From Minisyncoccia bacterium (lineage in GTDB: Bacteria > Patescibacteriota > Minisyncoccia > Phycocordibacterales > UBA9973), in NCBI GenBank assembly GCA_038322745.1, contig JBBQGF010000001.1, positions 19,258 through 83,257 of the forward strand: a stretch of 64,000 nucleotides of DNA, read 5' to 3'. How positions within the stretch are numbered: the first letter of the stretch is position 1; every line of letters starts with the position of its first letter. The notes below the pieces were generated by a model. The model did no database searches. It was not told the DNA's origin and saw only the letters and a list, made by a program, of their open reading frames with translations. The position numbers were made by a program, and so were the translations under genes. Shown one piece after another: positions 29,988 through 39,919 of this stretch.

Positions 29988-30521
29988 ATGGATCCAAATG
30001 CAATAGATACTTTGTTGTATTCAAGGAATACAACACATAAAGAAAGTCACGCTGATAAGTATATAGATCATTTTCTGGAACAATACCGAATTTATATACA
30101 TATATTTAATAGTACTAACGATAGAAGAAATAAAGCTAATGAATTTTTCTTAGGATTGAATACTGCTATTATTGGAGTTCTGGGTTATCTAGAGACAAAA
30201 GGTCATACAAGCAATAATTCCATTATTTTCCTTTTCGCACCTTTTGTTGGCATTGCTATATGTTATAGTTGGTTTCAAATAATTAAAACTTATAGAAATA
30301 TAAATAGGGCTAAATTCCAAGTTATACACAATGTGGAAAAAAGTTTACCTATATCTCTATTTGAAACTGAATGGGAACTACTAAAAAAAGGTAAAAAAGA
30401 AAATAAATATTTTCCTTTATCTTTAACCGAAAGAAAAATTCCAATAATATTCATATTCTTATACATGGCAATATTTATATCAAGTTTACCTCTTACTATT
30501 ATTACTAATATAATTAAATAA
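29988..30521 (+). CDS. small integral membrane protein (3 TM)
   Basis: LEQY..Y...DRR..N.FF..LNTA; W...Y..IN.AKF.VI..E..LP...EW pattern. Confidence 0.75.
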   Translation: MDPNAIDTLLYSRNTTHKESHADKYIDHFLEQYRIYIHIFNSTNDRRNKANEFFLGLNTAIIGVLGYLETKGHTSNNSIIFLFAPFVGIAICYSWFQIIKTYRNINRAKFQVIHNVEKSLPISLFETEWELLKKGKKENKYFPLSLTERKIPIIFIFLYMAIFISSLPLTIITNIIK

Positions 30522-30563
30522 AATAAAACGACTAGGTTATGCCTAGTCGTTTTATATATATAA

Positions 30564-31136
30564 TTAATTTATATCCATAGCTTTCAATAGTGAGTCTAAT
30601 CCTGTATGTTTTTCAGCTGAATAGAGGATTATAGGGTATTTGTCAACTATTTTTTCTGTCGATTTAACAACTTTTGTTTTTTCATTTTGATTTACCTTGT
30701 CCATTTTATTTATTATTATGTAAATATTTTTACCATGTTCTTCTAAACTTTCAAACATATCTATATCAGAATCAGTCATCCCAACCCTTGCATCTATAAT
30801 AAGGAAAATTTTATCTTGAACTTTATTATACTCAAAGAAATACCAGTTTATTCTTTCTGTAATAAGTTGTTTTTGGTCACGAGAGCCACGAGCATAACCA
30901 TATCCAGGGAGGTCAACTAAATAAAAAGAATTATTAATTAAAAATAAATTTATTTCTTGAGTACGTCCCGCAGTAGCACTTGAGCGTGCTAATTTCTTGT
31001 TGTTACATATTGAATTTATAACACTAGATTTGCCAACATTTGAACGTCCAATAAAAGCTATTTGAGGTAGCTCATCTGTAACCATATTTTCTTCATTCGT
31101 GACACCTCTAGTAAATATAGCTGTTTTAATTTTCAT
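30564..31136 (-). CDS. engB: ribosome biogenesis GTPase EngB/YihA/YsxC
   Basis: GRSNVGKSS, GRTQ, DLPGYGYA, NKMD. Confidence 0.95.
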   Translation of the reverse strand: MKIKTAIFTRGVTNEENMVTDELPQIAFIGRSNVGKSSVINSICNNKKLARSSATAGRTQEINLFLINNSFYLVDLPGYGYARGSRDQKQLITERINWYFFEYNKVQDKIFLIIDARVGMTDSDIDMFESLEEHGKNIYIIINKMDKVNQNEKTKVVKSTEKIVDKYPIILYSAEKHTGLDSLLKAMDIN

Positions 31137-31208
31137 GTTTTTGATTATACCAGAAATTACTATTATGTCTAATTAAAGAAATAATATGCCTTTAAATATA
31201 TAAGGATA

Positions 31209-31373
31209 TTATCTCTTATGTTCACGCCAGTCATAGTCTTCCTCCTCATCATCTTTCTTACTTACGATAGGTGAGCCACAATTTTGACAAATATCATCAT
31301 ATGAGCGTAAACCACAACGTGGACAAAATGTATCTTTATTATTTGTTTCTTCTTCTATAATTTCTTCATCCAT
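31209..31373 (-). CDS. 54-aa acidic zinc-ribbon protein (not in ORF track)
   Basis: MDEEIIEEETNNKDTFCPRCGLRSYDDICQNCGSPIVSKKDDEEEDYDWREHKR; CxxC-x8-CxxC. Confidence 0.7.
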   Translation of the reverse strand: MDEEIIEEETNNKDTFCPRCGLRSYDDICQNCGSPIVSKKDDEEEDYDWREHKR

Positions 31374-31472
31374 CTTTATATTGTATTATGTTTATATCTT
31401 GGAGACAAGTGTTTAAAATTATGTACTTATTAATTTTCAAAATATTAATAAATATAGTATAATAACCATATT

Positions 31473-32273
31473 ATGGAATCAAAAACAAAAATAGTAGCAA
31501 CCATAGGCCCATCCTGTGAGAATAAAGAAGTAATAATAGAACTTATTAAACATAATTTAAATATAGCTAGATTAAATTTTTCTTGGGATACACATGAAGG
31601 TCATAAAAAAATAATTGATAATATTCGTGCTGCATCAATTGAAACTGGAATAAAAATCGAAATAATGCAAGATTTATCTGGCCCTCGTGTACAAGAAACT
31701 AGCGGACATCATTTCGGAGGAGCTAATGATACAAAAGCAATTACTGAAAAAGACATATCAGATTTGGCTTTTGGTATTGAACAAGGAGTTGATTATGTTG
31801 CACTATCATTTGTGGGCAATGCTAGTGATATTATTGAACTTAGGAGTCTCATAAAAGATAAGGGTGGAAACCAGAAAATAATAGCGAAAATTGAGCGTAA
31901 ATTAGCATACGAGAATTTAGATGAAATACTTGAAGTTACAGATGGAATTATGGTTGCTCGTGGAGATTTAGGTAATGAATATCCATTAGAAGAGATACCT
32001 TTTATTCAGCATCAGATTATAGAGAAATCAAACAAAAAAGGGAAAATGGTTATAGTTGCGACTCAAATGATGCTTTCAATGGTAAATAATCCTATTCCTA
32101 CTCGTGCTGAAGTCTCAGATGTTGCTTACGCAATAATTGATGGAGCAGATGGTGTAATGCTTTCAGAAGAATCAGCTACTGGTAAATATCCAATTGAAAC
32201 TGTAACAATGATGGAAAAAATAGCATTGGCGTCAGAAAAACATTTAATTATAAATGATATTAAAATTGATTAA
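31473..32273 (+). CDS. pyk: pyruvate kinase, barrel-only (B and C domains absent)
   Basis: [61 protein letters not shown]. Confidence 0.9.
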   Translation: MESKTKIVATIGPSCENKEVIIELIKHNLNIARLNFSWDTHEGHKKIIDNIRAASIETGIKIEIMQDLSGPRVQETSGHHFGGANDTKAITEKDISDLAFGIEQGVDYVALSFVGNASDIIELRSLIKDKGGNQKIIAKIERKLAYENLDEILEVTDGIMVARGDLGNEYPLEEIPFIQHQIIEKSNKKGKMVIVATQMMLSMVNNPIPTRAEVSDVAYAIIDGADGVMLSEESATGKYPIETVTMMEKIALASEKHLIINDIKID

Positions 32274-32279
32274 TAAAAT

Positions 32280-33251
32280 ATGACTAAACATATATACATC
32301 ACAAGAAAAATTCCAGAAGCTGGATTAAAATTATTGAAGGAAAATGGAATATCGTTTGATATGGGAGAAAGTAAACTTCCTCCAACAAAAAAAGAAATAA
32401 TAAAAATACTTAAAAAGAAACCATACGATGGGGTTATTTCTTTTCTCACTGATACAATAGACACCGAAATATATGATGCATGTCCGACTTCTAAAATTTT
32501 TGCAAACTTCTCTGTTGGATTTAATAATATTGATTTAGAAGCCGCAAAGAAAAAGGGGATAGAAGTTTCGAATACTCCTGGAACTTCAAATACAGCTGTT
32601 GCAGAGCATACAGTAGCTCTAATGATGGCACTCACTACACGATTAGTAGAGGGTGATAAATATATGCGAAGTGGTAAATATAAAGGATGGGACCCTGAAT
32701 TACTAGTTGGAACAGATTTAAAAGAAAAAGTTATTGGAATAATTGGAGGAGGAGCTATCGGTGTCGAAGTTGCAAAAATTCTTCATGAAGGTTTCGGTTC
32801 TAGTATTATATATAGTGATGTTGTAAGTAACCCAACGATAGAAAAAGAAGAACATGCTATAAGAAAAGAAACTGCAGATATTTTAAAAGAAGCAGATATT
32901 ATTTCTCTTCATGTTCCACTTTTGCCTAGTACAACACACATGATTAATAAAGAATCTCTTAATACAATGAAGAAAACAGCTTTTTTAATCAATACATCTC
33001 GAGGCCCTGTTATAGATGAAAACGCATTAGTTGAAGCTCTTAAAAATAAAACTATTAGAGGTGCTGGATTAGATGTATTTGAATTTGAGCCGAAATTAGC
33101 TCGAGGACTTGCAAAGCTTGATAATGTAGTACTTACACCACATATAGCATCTGCACGTGAGACTGCTCGTAATCTAATGGCAGAGATAGCAGCTAAAAAT
33201 ATAATATCAGTTCTTGAAGGCGGTAAAGCTATCAATAGTGTCATTAAATAA
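32280..33251 (+). CDS. D-isomer-specific 2-hydroxyacid dehydrogenase (glyoxylate reductase / D-glycerate DH family)
   Basis: VGFNNID, GGGAIG, INTSRG, GLDVFEFEP, TPHIAS. Confidence 0.92.
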   Translation: MTKHIYITRKIPEAGLKLLKENGISFDMGESKLPPTKKEIIKILKKKPYDGVISFLTDTIDTEIYDACPTSKIFANFSVGFNNIDLEAAKKKGIEVSNTPGTSNTAVAEHTVALMMALTTRLVEGDKYMRSGKYKGWDPELLVGTDLKEKVIGIIGGGAIGVEVAKILHEGFGSSIIYSDVVSNPTIEKEEHAIRKETADILKEADIISLHVPLLPSTTHMINKESLNTMKKTAFLINTSRGPVIDENALVEALKNKTIRGAGLDVFEFEPKLARGLAKLDNVVLTPHIASARETARNLMAEIAAKNIISVLEGGKAINSVIK

Positions 33252-33374
33252 ATTTTTAATTATAAAATATCTTTACATTACAATATGTAAAGGTATTTTA
33301 TAATGTTAATAACTTAAATAGTATTTACTATTAATAAAGATTATAATATACATATTATTAAATAATATTAAATT

Positions 33375-34235
33375 ATGAATAAAAACATCAAATATATATC
33401 AACAATATTTATGGGTATCGCCATCATGTCGTCTGTTGTGTATGCAGAAGAAGCAGCTAAACCAATAAACACAAATCGTGCTGAATTTAAAAATGAAGTC
33501 AATCAACTTAGAGAAAATACAACAAAAGAACTTCAACAAAAAAGAGAAGCTTTCAAAAATAACTTAGAACAAGATAAAGAATCTCTTAAAAACACTAAAG
33601 TTCAAAGTAGAGAGGAAATTCAAAATATGGTGAAATCTAAGAGAGATGAATTTCAAAAAAATATAGAATTAAAAAAAGATGAATTAAAAGTTAAATTAAA
33701 TAATGCGACTGATAAATTTAAGACTGATTTAAATAAAATTAAGGATGAGAGAAAAAAAGAAAATGTAAATAAATTAGTAGAGAAAATCACTGAATTAAAT
33801 ACAAAAGCAACTAATAATCTATTTGAACAATTAAATAAAATAGAAGAAGCACTACTGAGAATAAAATCTCGTGAAGCTGATGCTAAAATAAAACTAATAG
33901 ATACAACTATGGTTGATGCATCAATCTTAAAAGCAACAAAAGCCATATCTGATGCACATGCAGCAATTATAGTTCAAAGCACATCAAAAACATATATGCC
34001 AGTTATAACAACTGATTTAACACTTAAGACAAACATGAGTACCGTTAAAGAGAGTTTTAATACTGATATTAAAGCATTACGTGATATTGTAAAAAATGCA
34101 CATACTGCTGTAAAAGAATCCGCTACTGCACTAGCACAAACCCCAAAAATAAATGAGGTTAATACTATTAAAAATAATTTAGAAGCAATTGATAATTCGG
34201 TCGAAAAAGGAAGTACAACAACTACAAATAATTAA
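33375..34235 (+). CDS. secreted coiled-coil protein
   Basis: signal peptide (VYA/E) followed by long alpha-helical heptads. Confidence 0.75.
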   Translation: MNKNIKYISTIFMGIAIMSSVVYAEEAAKPINTNRAEFKNEVNQLRENTTKELQQKREAFKNNLEQDKESLKNTKVQSREEIQNMVKSKRDEFQKNIELKKDELKVKLNNATDKFKTDLNKIKDERKKENVNKLVEKITELNTKATNNLFEQLNKIEEALLRIKSREADAKIKLIDTTMVDASILKATKAISDAHAAIIVQSTSKTYMPVITTDLTLKTNMSTVKESFNTDIKALRDIVKNAHTAVKESATALAQTPKINEVNTIKNNLEAIDNSVEKGSTTTTNN

Positions 34236-34249
34236 TATATATATAATCT

Positions 34250-34504
34250 ATGTTAAAAAAAATACTTTATGGAATTTTAGTTCTAGCTATAATAATAATA
34301 ATCTCATTAATGTGGAAAGAATCTAAAACAGAAGCACCAACAACACAAATAGATAATCAAAAAGTTCCTGAACAAGTAACAGAAGTTGTAAAGGTGCAAG
34401 TGGATACTCCCGCCTCTATCAGTAGTGATTTAGATAAAATTAACGTCGACGCTGGTATTGATTCTGATCTTAATACTGTAGATACAAATATAAAGGCTCT
34501 TTAA
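34250..34504 (+). CDS. small membrane-anchored protein
   Basis: N-terminal TM; co-transcribed with the previous gene. Confidence 0.7.
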   Translation: MLKKILYGILVLAIIIIISLMWKESKTEAPTTQIDNQKVPEQVTEVVKVQVDTPASISSDLDKINVDAGIDSDLNTVDTNIKAL

Positions 34505-34673
34505 TTTAGTTATTATTAAAAACACCCATAAAGACTTATGGGTTTTTTTAATATATCTTTATATACAGGTTGACAAAATAGTTTATAAGTGATATTATTA
34601 AAAAATATTGAAAAACTCCTTGTGTGTATGAGTGTTTCAATTTTAATTTTGAAACACGCAAAAATATAATAAT

Positions 34674-36098
34674 ATGTATAATAATAGAAATACAAAAGGC
34701 ACTTCAAGTGCCCGTCATTCTTCAGGTGGAAAACCTGCAGTTACAAATAAAGGAAATTATTCTCGTCCTTCATCAGGAGCAAGAACTTCTTCATTAAACA
34801 CTAGAAATAGTGCATCTAGTGCAAGAACATCTTCATATAGTAGCCCAAGAAGTGGCACATCAACCCCAAGAACATACTCTTCTAATTCAAAAATTGGAGC
34901 ACCTCAGAATCGTTTCGGTGGATCTAGTCATGGAAATAGAAGTGGTGGATCATCTCGTTCTCGTGGTGGTGGAAACAAGAGAAGTAAATCATTTGAAAGA
35001 ATAGATGTATCTAGATTTATAAGTAAATCTACAGTAGTTGAAAAAGAAGAAATTTATCTTCCAATCCATACATTTAATGATTTCAAGATTGATGCAAAAT
35101 TAAAACTTGCTATCGCAAATAAAAATTATATCTATCCAAGCCCAATTCAAGATAAATCAATAACACATGCACTAGATGGAAGAGATATTTTAGGTATAGC
35201 AGATACTGGAACTGGTAAAACTGCCGCATTTTTAATTCCTATACTTAATAAAATAATTAAAGATGGTAGAGAAACAGCTATCATAATAGCTCCAACTCGT
35301 GAGCTTGCAATCCAAATAGAGAAAGAGTTCAATGACCTTGCTCGTAGTATGAGAATATTTGCTGTAGTGTGCGTAGGAGGAGCTCCAATATCTTTTCAAA
35401 TTAAAAGTCTTCGTCGTGAATGTAATGTTGTTATAGGTACACCAGGAAGGCTTCTTGATTTAGTAAAGCGTGGAGAGATAGATTTATCTACAACTCGCAA
35501 CGTAGTGCTTGATGAAGCCGATAGAATGCTTGATATGGGATTCGTAGATGATATAACATTCTTACTTGAAAAGACTCCTGATGACAGACAAAGTTTCTTC
35601 TTTTCTGCAACACTACCAAAACCAATAGAAAAACTTATAGAGAGATTTTCAAAAGATCCAGTCAAAGTTATGGTAAAAACTCGTGATACATCAAAAAATG
35701 TAGAACAAGATGTTATCAGACTTGCGCGTGGTATAGATAAAATAGATGTACTTTGTGATTTATTAGATAAAAAAGATGAATTCAAAAAAATATTAATTTT
35801 TTCAGAAATGAAACATGCAGTTGAAAAACTTTCTGTTGAACTTATTAAACGCGGTTATAAAGCAGGAAGTATTCATGGAGATAAACGTCATAATGAACGT
35901 CAGCGTACACTACTAAAATTTAGAAATGATGAAATCAATATTATGGTTGCAACTGATGTTGCAGCGAGAGGCTTAGATATCCCAAATGTAACTCACGTTA
36001 TAAATTACGAAATTCCTCAAACATATGATACTTATATCCATCGTATTGGCCGTACAGGTCGTGCAAACCATAAAGGTGTTGCACTTACATTCGTTTAG
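34674..36098 (+). CDS. DEAD-box RNA helicase with N-terminal R/S/G-rich extension
   Basis: Q motif, TGTGKT, PTRELA, TPGRL, DEAD, SAT, ARGLD, HRIGRTGR. Confidence 0.96.
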   Translation: MYNNRNTKGTSSARHSSGGKPAVTNKGNYSRPSSGARTSSLNTRNSASSARTSSYSSPRSGTSTPRTYSSNSKIGAPQNRFGGSSHGNRSGGSSRSRGGGNKRSKSFERIDVSRFISKSTVVEKEEIYLPIHTFNDFKIDAKLKLAIANKNYIYPSPIQDKSITHALDGRDILGIADTGTGKTAAFLIPILNKIIKDGRETAIIIAPTRELAIQIEKEFNDLARSMRIFAVVCVGGAPISFQIKSLRRECNVVIGTPGRLLDLVKRGEIDLSTTRNVVLDEADRMLDMGFVDDITFLLEKTPDDRQSFFFSATLPKPIEKLIERFSKDPVKVMVKTRDTSKNVEQDVIRLARGIDKIDVLCDLLDKKDEFKKILIFSEMKHAVEKLSVELIKRGYKAGSIHGDKRHNERQRTLLKFRNDEINIMVATDVAARGLDIPNVTHVINYEIPQTYDTYIHRIGRTGRANHKGVALTFV

Positions 36099-36104
36099 AA
36101 ATTT

Positions 36105-36338
36105 ATGATATTAATTGATGTAAGAACAAAAAATGAATATGTAGGTGGGCATATAGATGGAGCAATTAATTTTGATATCATGAAAATGATGGAAGGAGAA
36201 TATCCTGATATTGATAAAAATTTAGAAATAAAAGTTTATTGTGAATCTGGTAATAGATCTATGATGGCTAAAAGTATAATGGAAAAAGTAGGATTTTTAA
36301 ATATTATTGATGCAGGTGGTATTGATAATCTAAAATAA
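36105..36338 (+). CDS. single-domain rhodanese
   Basis: LIDVRT..EY..GHI.GA; YCESGNRS. Confidence 0.9.
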   Translation: MILIDVRTKNEYVGGHIDGAINFDIMKMMEGEYPDIDKNLEIKVYCESGNRSMMAKSIMEKVGFLNIIDAGGIDNLK

Positions 36339-36411
36339 TATAAAAATAACCCCTCGAGGTAATACCTCTAGGGGTTATTTTTATATGTAAGTTATATGAT
36401 ACAATTAAAAA

Positions 36412-37563
36412 ATGGAACCCTTAGCATCAAAAATCAGACCCAGAAATTTAGATGAATTTATAGGACAAGAACATCTAGTAGGTGAGAGTAAACCTCTGAA
36501 AATAGCCATAGAAAATAAGCATATTTTCTCGTTTATTCTCTGGGGACCACCTGGAGTAGGTAAAACTACTCTAGCTAAAATATACGCAAATGCTATAAAT
36601 GCTGATTATTATGAATTGTCGGCTGTTTCTGCTGGTAAAGATGATATACGAAAAATTGTAGATATAAGAGGGGAGAATAATGGCATTTTACTCGGACCTA
36701 GAATCCTTTTTCTTGATGAGATACACCGATTCAATAAGGCTCAGCAAGATTTTCTTCTTCCTTATGTTGAAAGTGGTAAATTAATACTCATAGGCGCAAC
36801 AACAGAAAATCCTAGCTTTGAAGTTATTCCAGCTCTACTTTCACGTTGTAGAGTTTTTGTTCTTGAAGAATTCTCTGATGATGATATGAGAAAAATAATA
36901 AAGAGAGCTGGAAATAAAATAAAAAAAGATGCGACAGATTGGATTATTTCTATGTCAGGTGGTGATGCAAGACAAGCTATTGCAATGATAGAAAATACCT
37001 TAAGTCTCTATAAAAATATAACAATTGAGAATCTTAAAAATACACTCCAGTCAAAATTTCTTCGTTATGATAAAAAAGCTGACGAGCACTATAATACAAT
37101 CAGTGCTTTTATAAAAAGTATGCGGGCAAGCCAACCTGATGCAGCGCTATACTATCTAGCACGAATGCTTGAAGCAGGAGAAGATCCAAAATTTATTGCG
37201 AGAAGAATGGTCATCTTTGCTAGTGAAGACATAGGACTTGCATTACCAACTGCACTCGTAGTCGCAGATGGAGTATTTAAAGCGGTTGAAGTCATAGGTA
37301 CGCCTGAATGTGCTATAAACCTAGCACATGGAGTCGTATATCTTGCAAAAGCACCAAAGGATAGAGATGTGTATGATGCATTCAGAAGTGCCCAAGAAGA
37401 TGTCATTAAATTTGGTAATCTGCCAATTCCGATGATTATCAGGAATGCGCCAACAAAACTCATGAAAGATTTAGAGTATGGAAAAGGATATGAAAAATAT
37501 ACTAAAGAAAATCTAATGCCAGATAAATTAAAAAATAAAAAATATTTAAAAGGGAAGTTGTAA
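36412..37563 (+). CDS. rarA: replication-associated recombination protein A
   Basis: PLA..RP, GPPGVGKT, DEIHRFNK.QQD, SAFIKS.R, ASEDIG. Confidence 0.95.
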   Translation: MEPLASKIRPRNLDEFIGQEHLVGESKPLKIAIENKHIFSFILWGPPGVGKTTLAKIYANAINADYYELSAVSAGKDDIRKIVDIRGENNGILLGPRILFLDEIHRFNKAQQDFLLPYVESGKLILIGATTENPSFEVIPALLSRCRVFVLEEFSDDDMRKIIKRAGNKIKKDATDWIISMSGGDARQAIAMIENTLSLYKNITIENLKNTLQSKFLRYDKKADEHYNTISAFIKSMRASQPDAALYYLARMLEAGEDPKFIARRMVIFASEDIGLALPTALVVADGVFKAVEVIGTPECAINLAHGVVYLAKAPKDRDVYDAFRSAQEDVIKFGNLPIPMIIRNAPTKLMKDLEYGKGYEKYTKENLMPDKLKNKKYLKGKL

Positions 37564-37685
37564 TTCAAAAAAATACTCAATAATATGCAATAATCTAGCT
37601 TGTGTATAAGATATTGCATTAAATTATAAAAAGGTGTAGATTATATTTGATATAGTAAATTGTTTAACTAAAAAAAATCAAGAAC

Positions 37686-37874
37686 ATGGGATTCACTAAT
37701 GGCAAGAAGAAGAATTGCAACAATCATGTTTGCAAAATTAAAAAGCAACAAGAAAGAGAGCAAAAAAAAGAGGAAAAGGCAAAGAAAGAAGCGGCTGAAA
37801 GACTTTTAAAAAGTCAGCAAAATGAAGACCGGCTTGCGGCTAAAGAAAAACGCAAGCAATCTAAGGCAGCATAA
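37686..37874 (+). CDS. small Lys/Glu-rich hypothetical protein
   Basis: 62-aa ORF with an upstream promoter and a downstream terminator. Confidence 0.55.
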   Translation: MGFTNGKKKNCNNHVCKIKKQQEREQKKEEKAKKEAAERLLKSQQNEDRLAAKEKRKQSKAA

Positions 37875-38185
37875 TATAATTGCAGCCAACAAACATTCAA
37901 AATACCAGATGTTGTTAAAATAACACTGGTATTTTTTTTATTTATTAATCAGATTGTATAATTAACTTTATACTAACTATCCATATATATTTATTAAAGA
38001 TGATGTATTGATAGTAGATATACCATCAATACATCATTCATTGTATTAATTATGTTTAATAGTGATAATTAGAGAGGTATATGTCGCAAAAGATATATTG
38101 TGCGACATTGTTGTATAATTTAACCCTTACAAATAAAAGAGCCCAGATGGGCTCTTTTATTACTTCCCCTTACATACACTAGGTA

Positions 38186-39130
38186 TTAATTTGCTTTTGC
38201 AATACATTCATTAAAAGAATGCACTTGCCCATTATAAATATTAATTTTATTTTTAATATCTATAACTAATTTATTATAATCGTTTACTAAAGAGTTGTAT
38301 TTTTCTACTTGATCCGAAGTAGTTAAACCTTCGTATATTACCCCACTCTCCACCTTTGTACGTCTTGAAGTCATATCAGCCTCCATACTCTTTATTTGCT
38401 TCTGGTCTAATATTATTATCCCTTGGAGGACTTCGTCTATGGAAGGACATGCGCTTTTAGGTAATCCAAAATGTTGAACTCCCATCCAAACTGTATTGCC
38501 ATTATAACTACCTTTACCTACAGCAACTCCAATTTCAGTGTATTGTTTTTTTAAAATATTTGCTCTGTGTCCTGGACTAGCCATCCAAGCATCAACCAAT
38601 GCTTTATCATCTTTAAAATTACCTAGGGCCAAATTCTCACCAATTATGATGTACTCGTAAGATACTTGAGTACCTAAATCACCAACACCAACTCCATCAG
38701 GAGAAATATGTTCGAAGTATCCTTTTACAAACATATCTTGTAATTTCTTTTCTGCAGAAAAATTTAATTTAGAATTCTCAGTCAGAAGCCCTAAATTACC
38801 ATTTTCTGTTCTGTATTTATTTGTAATATCTATAACTCCTTTACTTGTTAATTTAATATTTTTAGTATTGTTAGTTAATAGATTATCAGAAACTAATAGT
38901 GGTCCTGGTGTTTCTATTTTTTTAGAATTATTAGTTGTATTATTATCATTATATGTGTCTATAGATTTAGTTACTTTATCTTTTATGTTTGCAGATAAAA
39001 TTGACGTTTTATCCATCTGATTTCTTAAATAAGAAATTGTTTTAGAATAATATGAGTTGTAATCATTTTTGATAACAAAAAAAAGTACAAGGAAGATAGC
39101 TATAGCAACAATTGTATTTGATATTTTCAT
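38186..39130 (-). CDS. CAP (SCP/PR-1) domain secreted protein
   Basis: YFEH.SP.G, GENLA, AWMASPGHRANIL, EIGVAV, VQHF. Confidence 0.9.
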   Translation of the reverse strand: MKISNTIVAIAIFLVLFFVIKNDYNSYYSKTISYLRNQMDKTSILSANIKDKVTKSIDTYNDNNTTNNSKKIETPGPLLVSDNLLTNNTKNIKLTSKGVIDITNKYRTENGNLGLLTENSKLNFSAEKKLQDMFVKGYFEHISPDGVGVGDLGTQVSYEYIIIGENLALGNFKDDKALVDAWMASPGHRANILKKQYTEIGVAVGKGSYNGNTVWMGVQHFGLPKSACPSIDEVLQGIIILDQKQIKSMEADMTSRRTKVESGVIYEGLTTSDQVEKYNSLVNDYNKLVIDIKNKINIYNGQVHSFNECIAKAN

Positions 39131-39136
39131 TTATTA

Positions 39137-39538
39137 TTATTTACATGATGTTGATAATATATAACCTGACTTTTCTGCATCTACTGATGATGCAAACCAT
39201 ACCTGATTAGCAGTAGAAATCCTCTTTGCCCCAGAACAGCCAATACTGTAATATAGTTTACCATTTTTTGAAGCTACGTACATTTTTTCTTTTACATCTT
39301 GAATATTTAGATTTGTCTTCCCTTCTAAATTACTATTTTTTGTGTATTCAATATTATCTATAGGTATGTTATTATCTTTTATAATTACATTTGAACTATT
39401 ATCACTTTCTATAACAGAAAGACGTCCTAATCCATATGAACTAATCCCTACTAATACAATTATAAAAAGACACATAAAAGTGATACCGTCAATACCTGAT
39501 TTGCCCTTGATTTTATTCATAAAATGATTTATACTCAT
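39137..39538 (-). CDS. membrane-anchored protein with Ada-like Zn-binding C-terminal domain
   Basis: YVASKNGKLYY..C...I...N..WF...AEKSGY...C. Confidence 0.7.
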   Translation of the reverse strand: MSINHFMNKIKGKSGIDGITFMCLFIIVLVGISSYGLGRLSVIESDNSSNVIIKDNNIPIDNIEYTKNSNLEGKTNLNIQDVKEKMYVASKNGKLYYSIGCSGAKRISTANQVWFASSVDAEKSGYILSTSCK

Positions 39539-39611
39539 ACAAGTTTAATTATAAATCATTTGTGGTTAGTTTGCCTATACCCTACACGGAAACAATCACC
39601 CTTAAATCAAT

Positions 39612-39884
39612 ATGGCACATAGAAAAGCCGGAGGTTCGGCCAAAAACTTAAAAGACTCTAATCCAAAGTATTTAGGTACTAAGCTTTATGCTGGTGAAAA
39701 AGCAAAAGCTGGGTCAATAATAATTCGTCAAAGAGGTACTAAAATTCTTCCGGGAACAAACGTAGGAATTGGTAAGGATCACACTCTATTCGCTCTAAAA
39801 CCAGGTACTATAAAATTTGGAACAAAGAGAAAAGTAAATTTCAATAGAACATCTTCAGTTAAAAAAGTAGTAAACGTAATCTAA
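39612..39884 (+). CDS. rpmA: 50S ribosomal protein L27
   Basis: [31 protein letters not shown]. Confidence 0.97.
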   Translation: MAHRKAGGSAKNLKDSNPKYLGTKLYAGEKAKAGSIIIRQRGTKILPGTNVGIGKDHTLFALKPGTIKFGTKRKVNFNRTSSVKKVVNVI

Positions 39885-39919
39885 TATAAAAACCCTCGAT
39901 ATAATATCGAGGGTTTTTA

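Noticed and set aside
38033-38060. dif-like site (TTATGTTTAAT) at the strand-orientation switch
   Set aside because: Only the XerD-like arm resembles dif; the XerC arm does not. A terminus cannot be called from this window.
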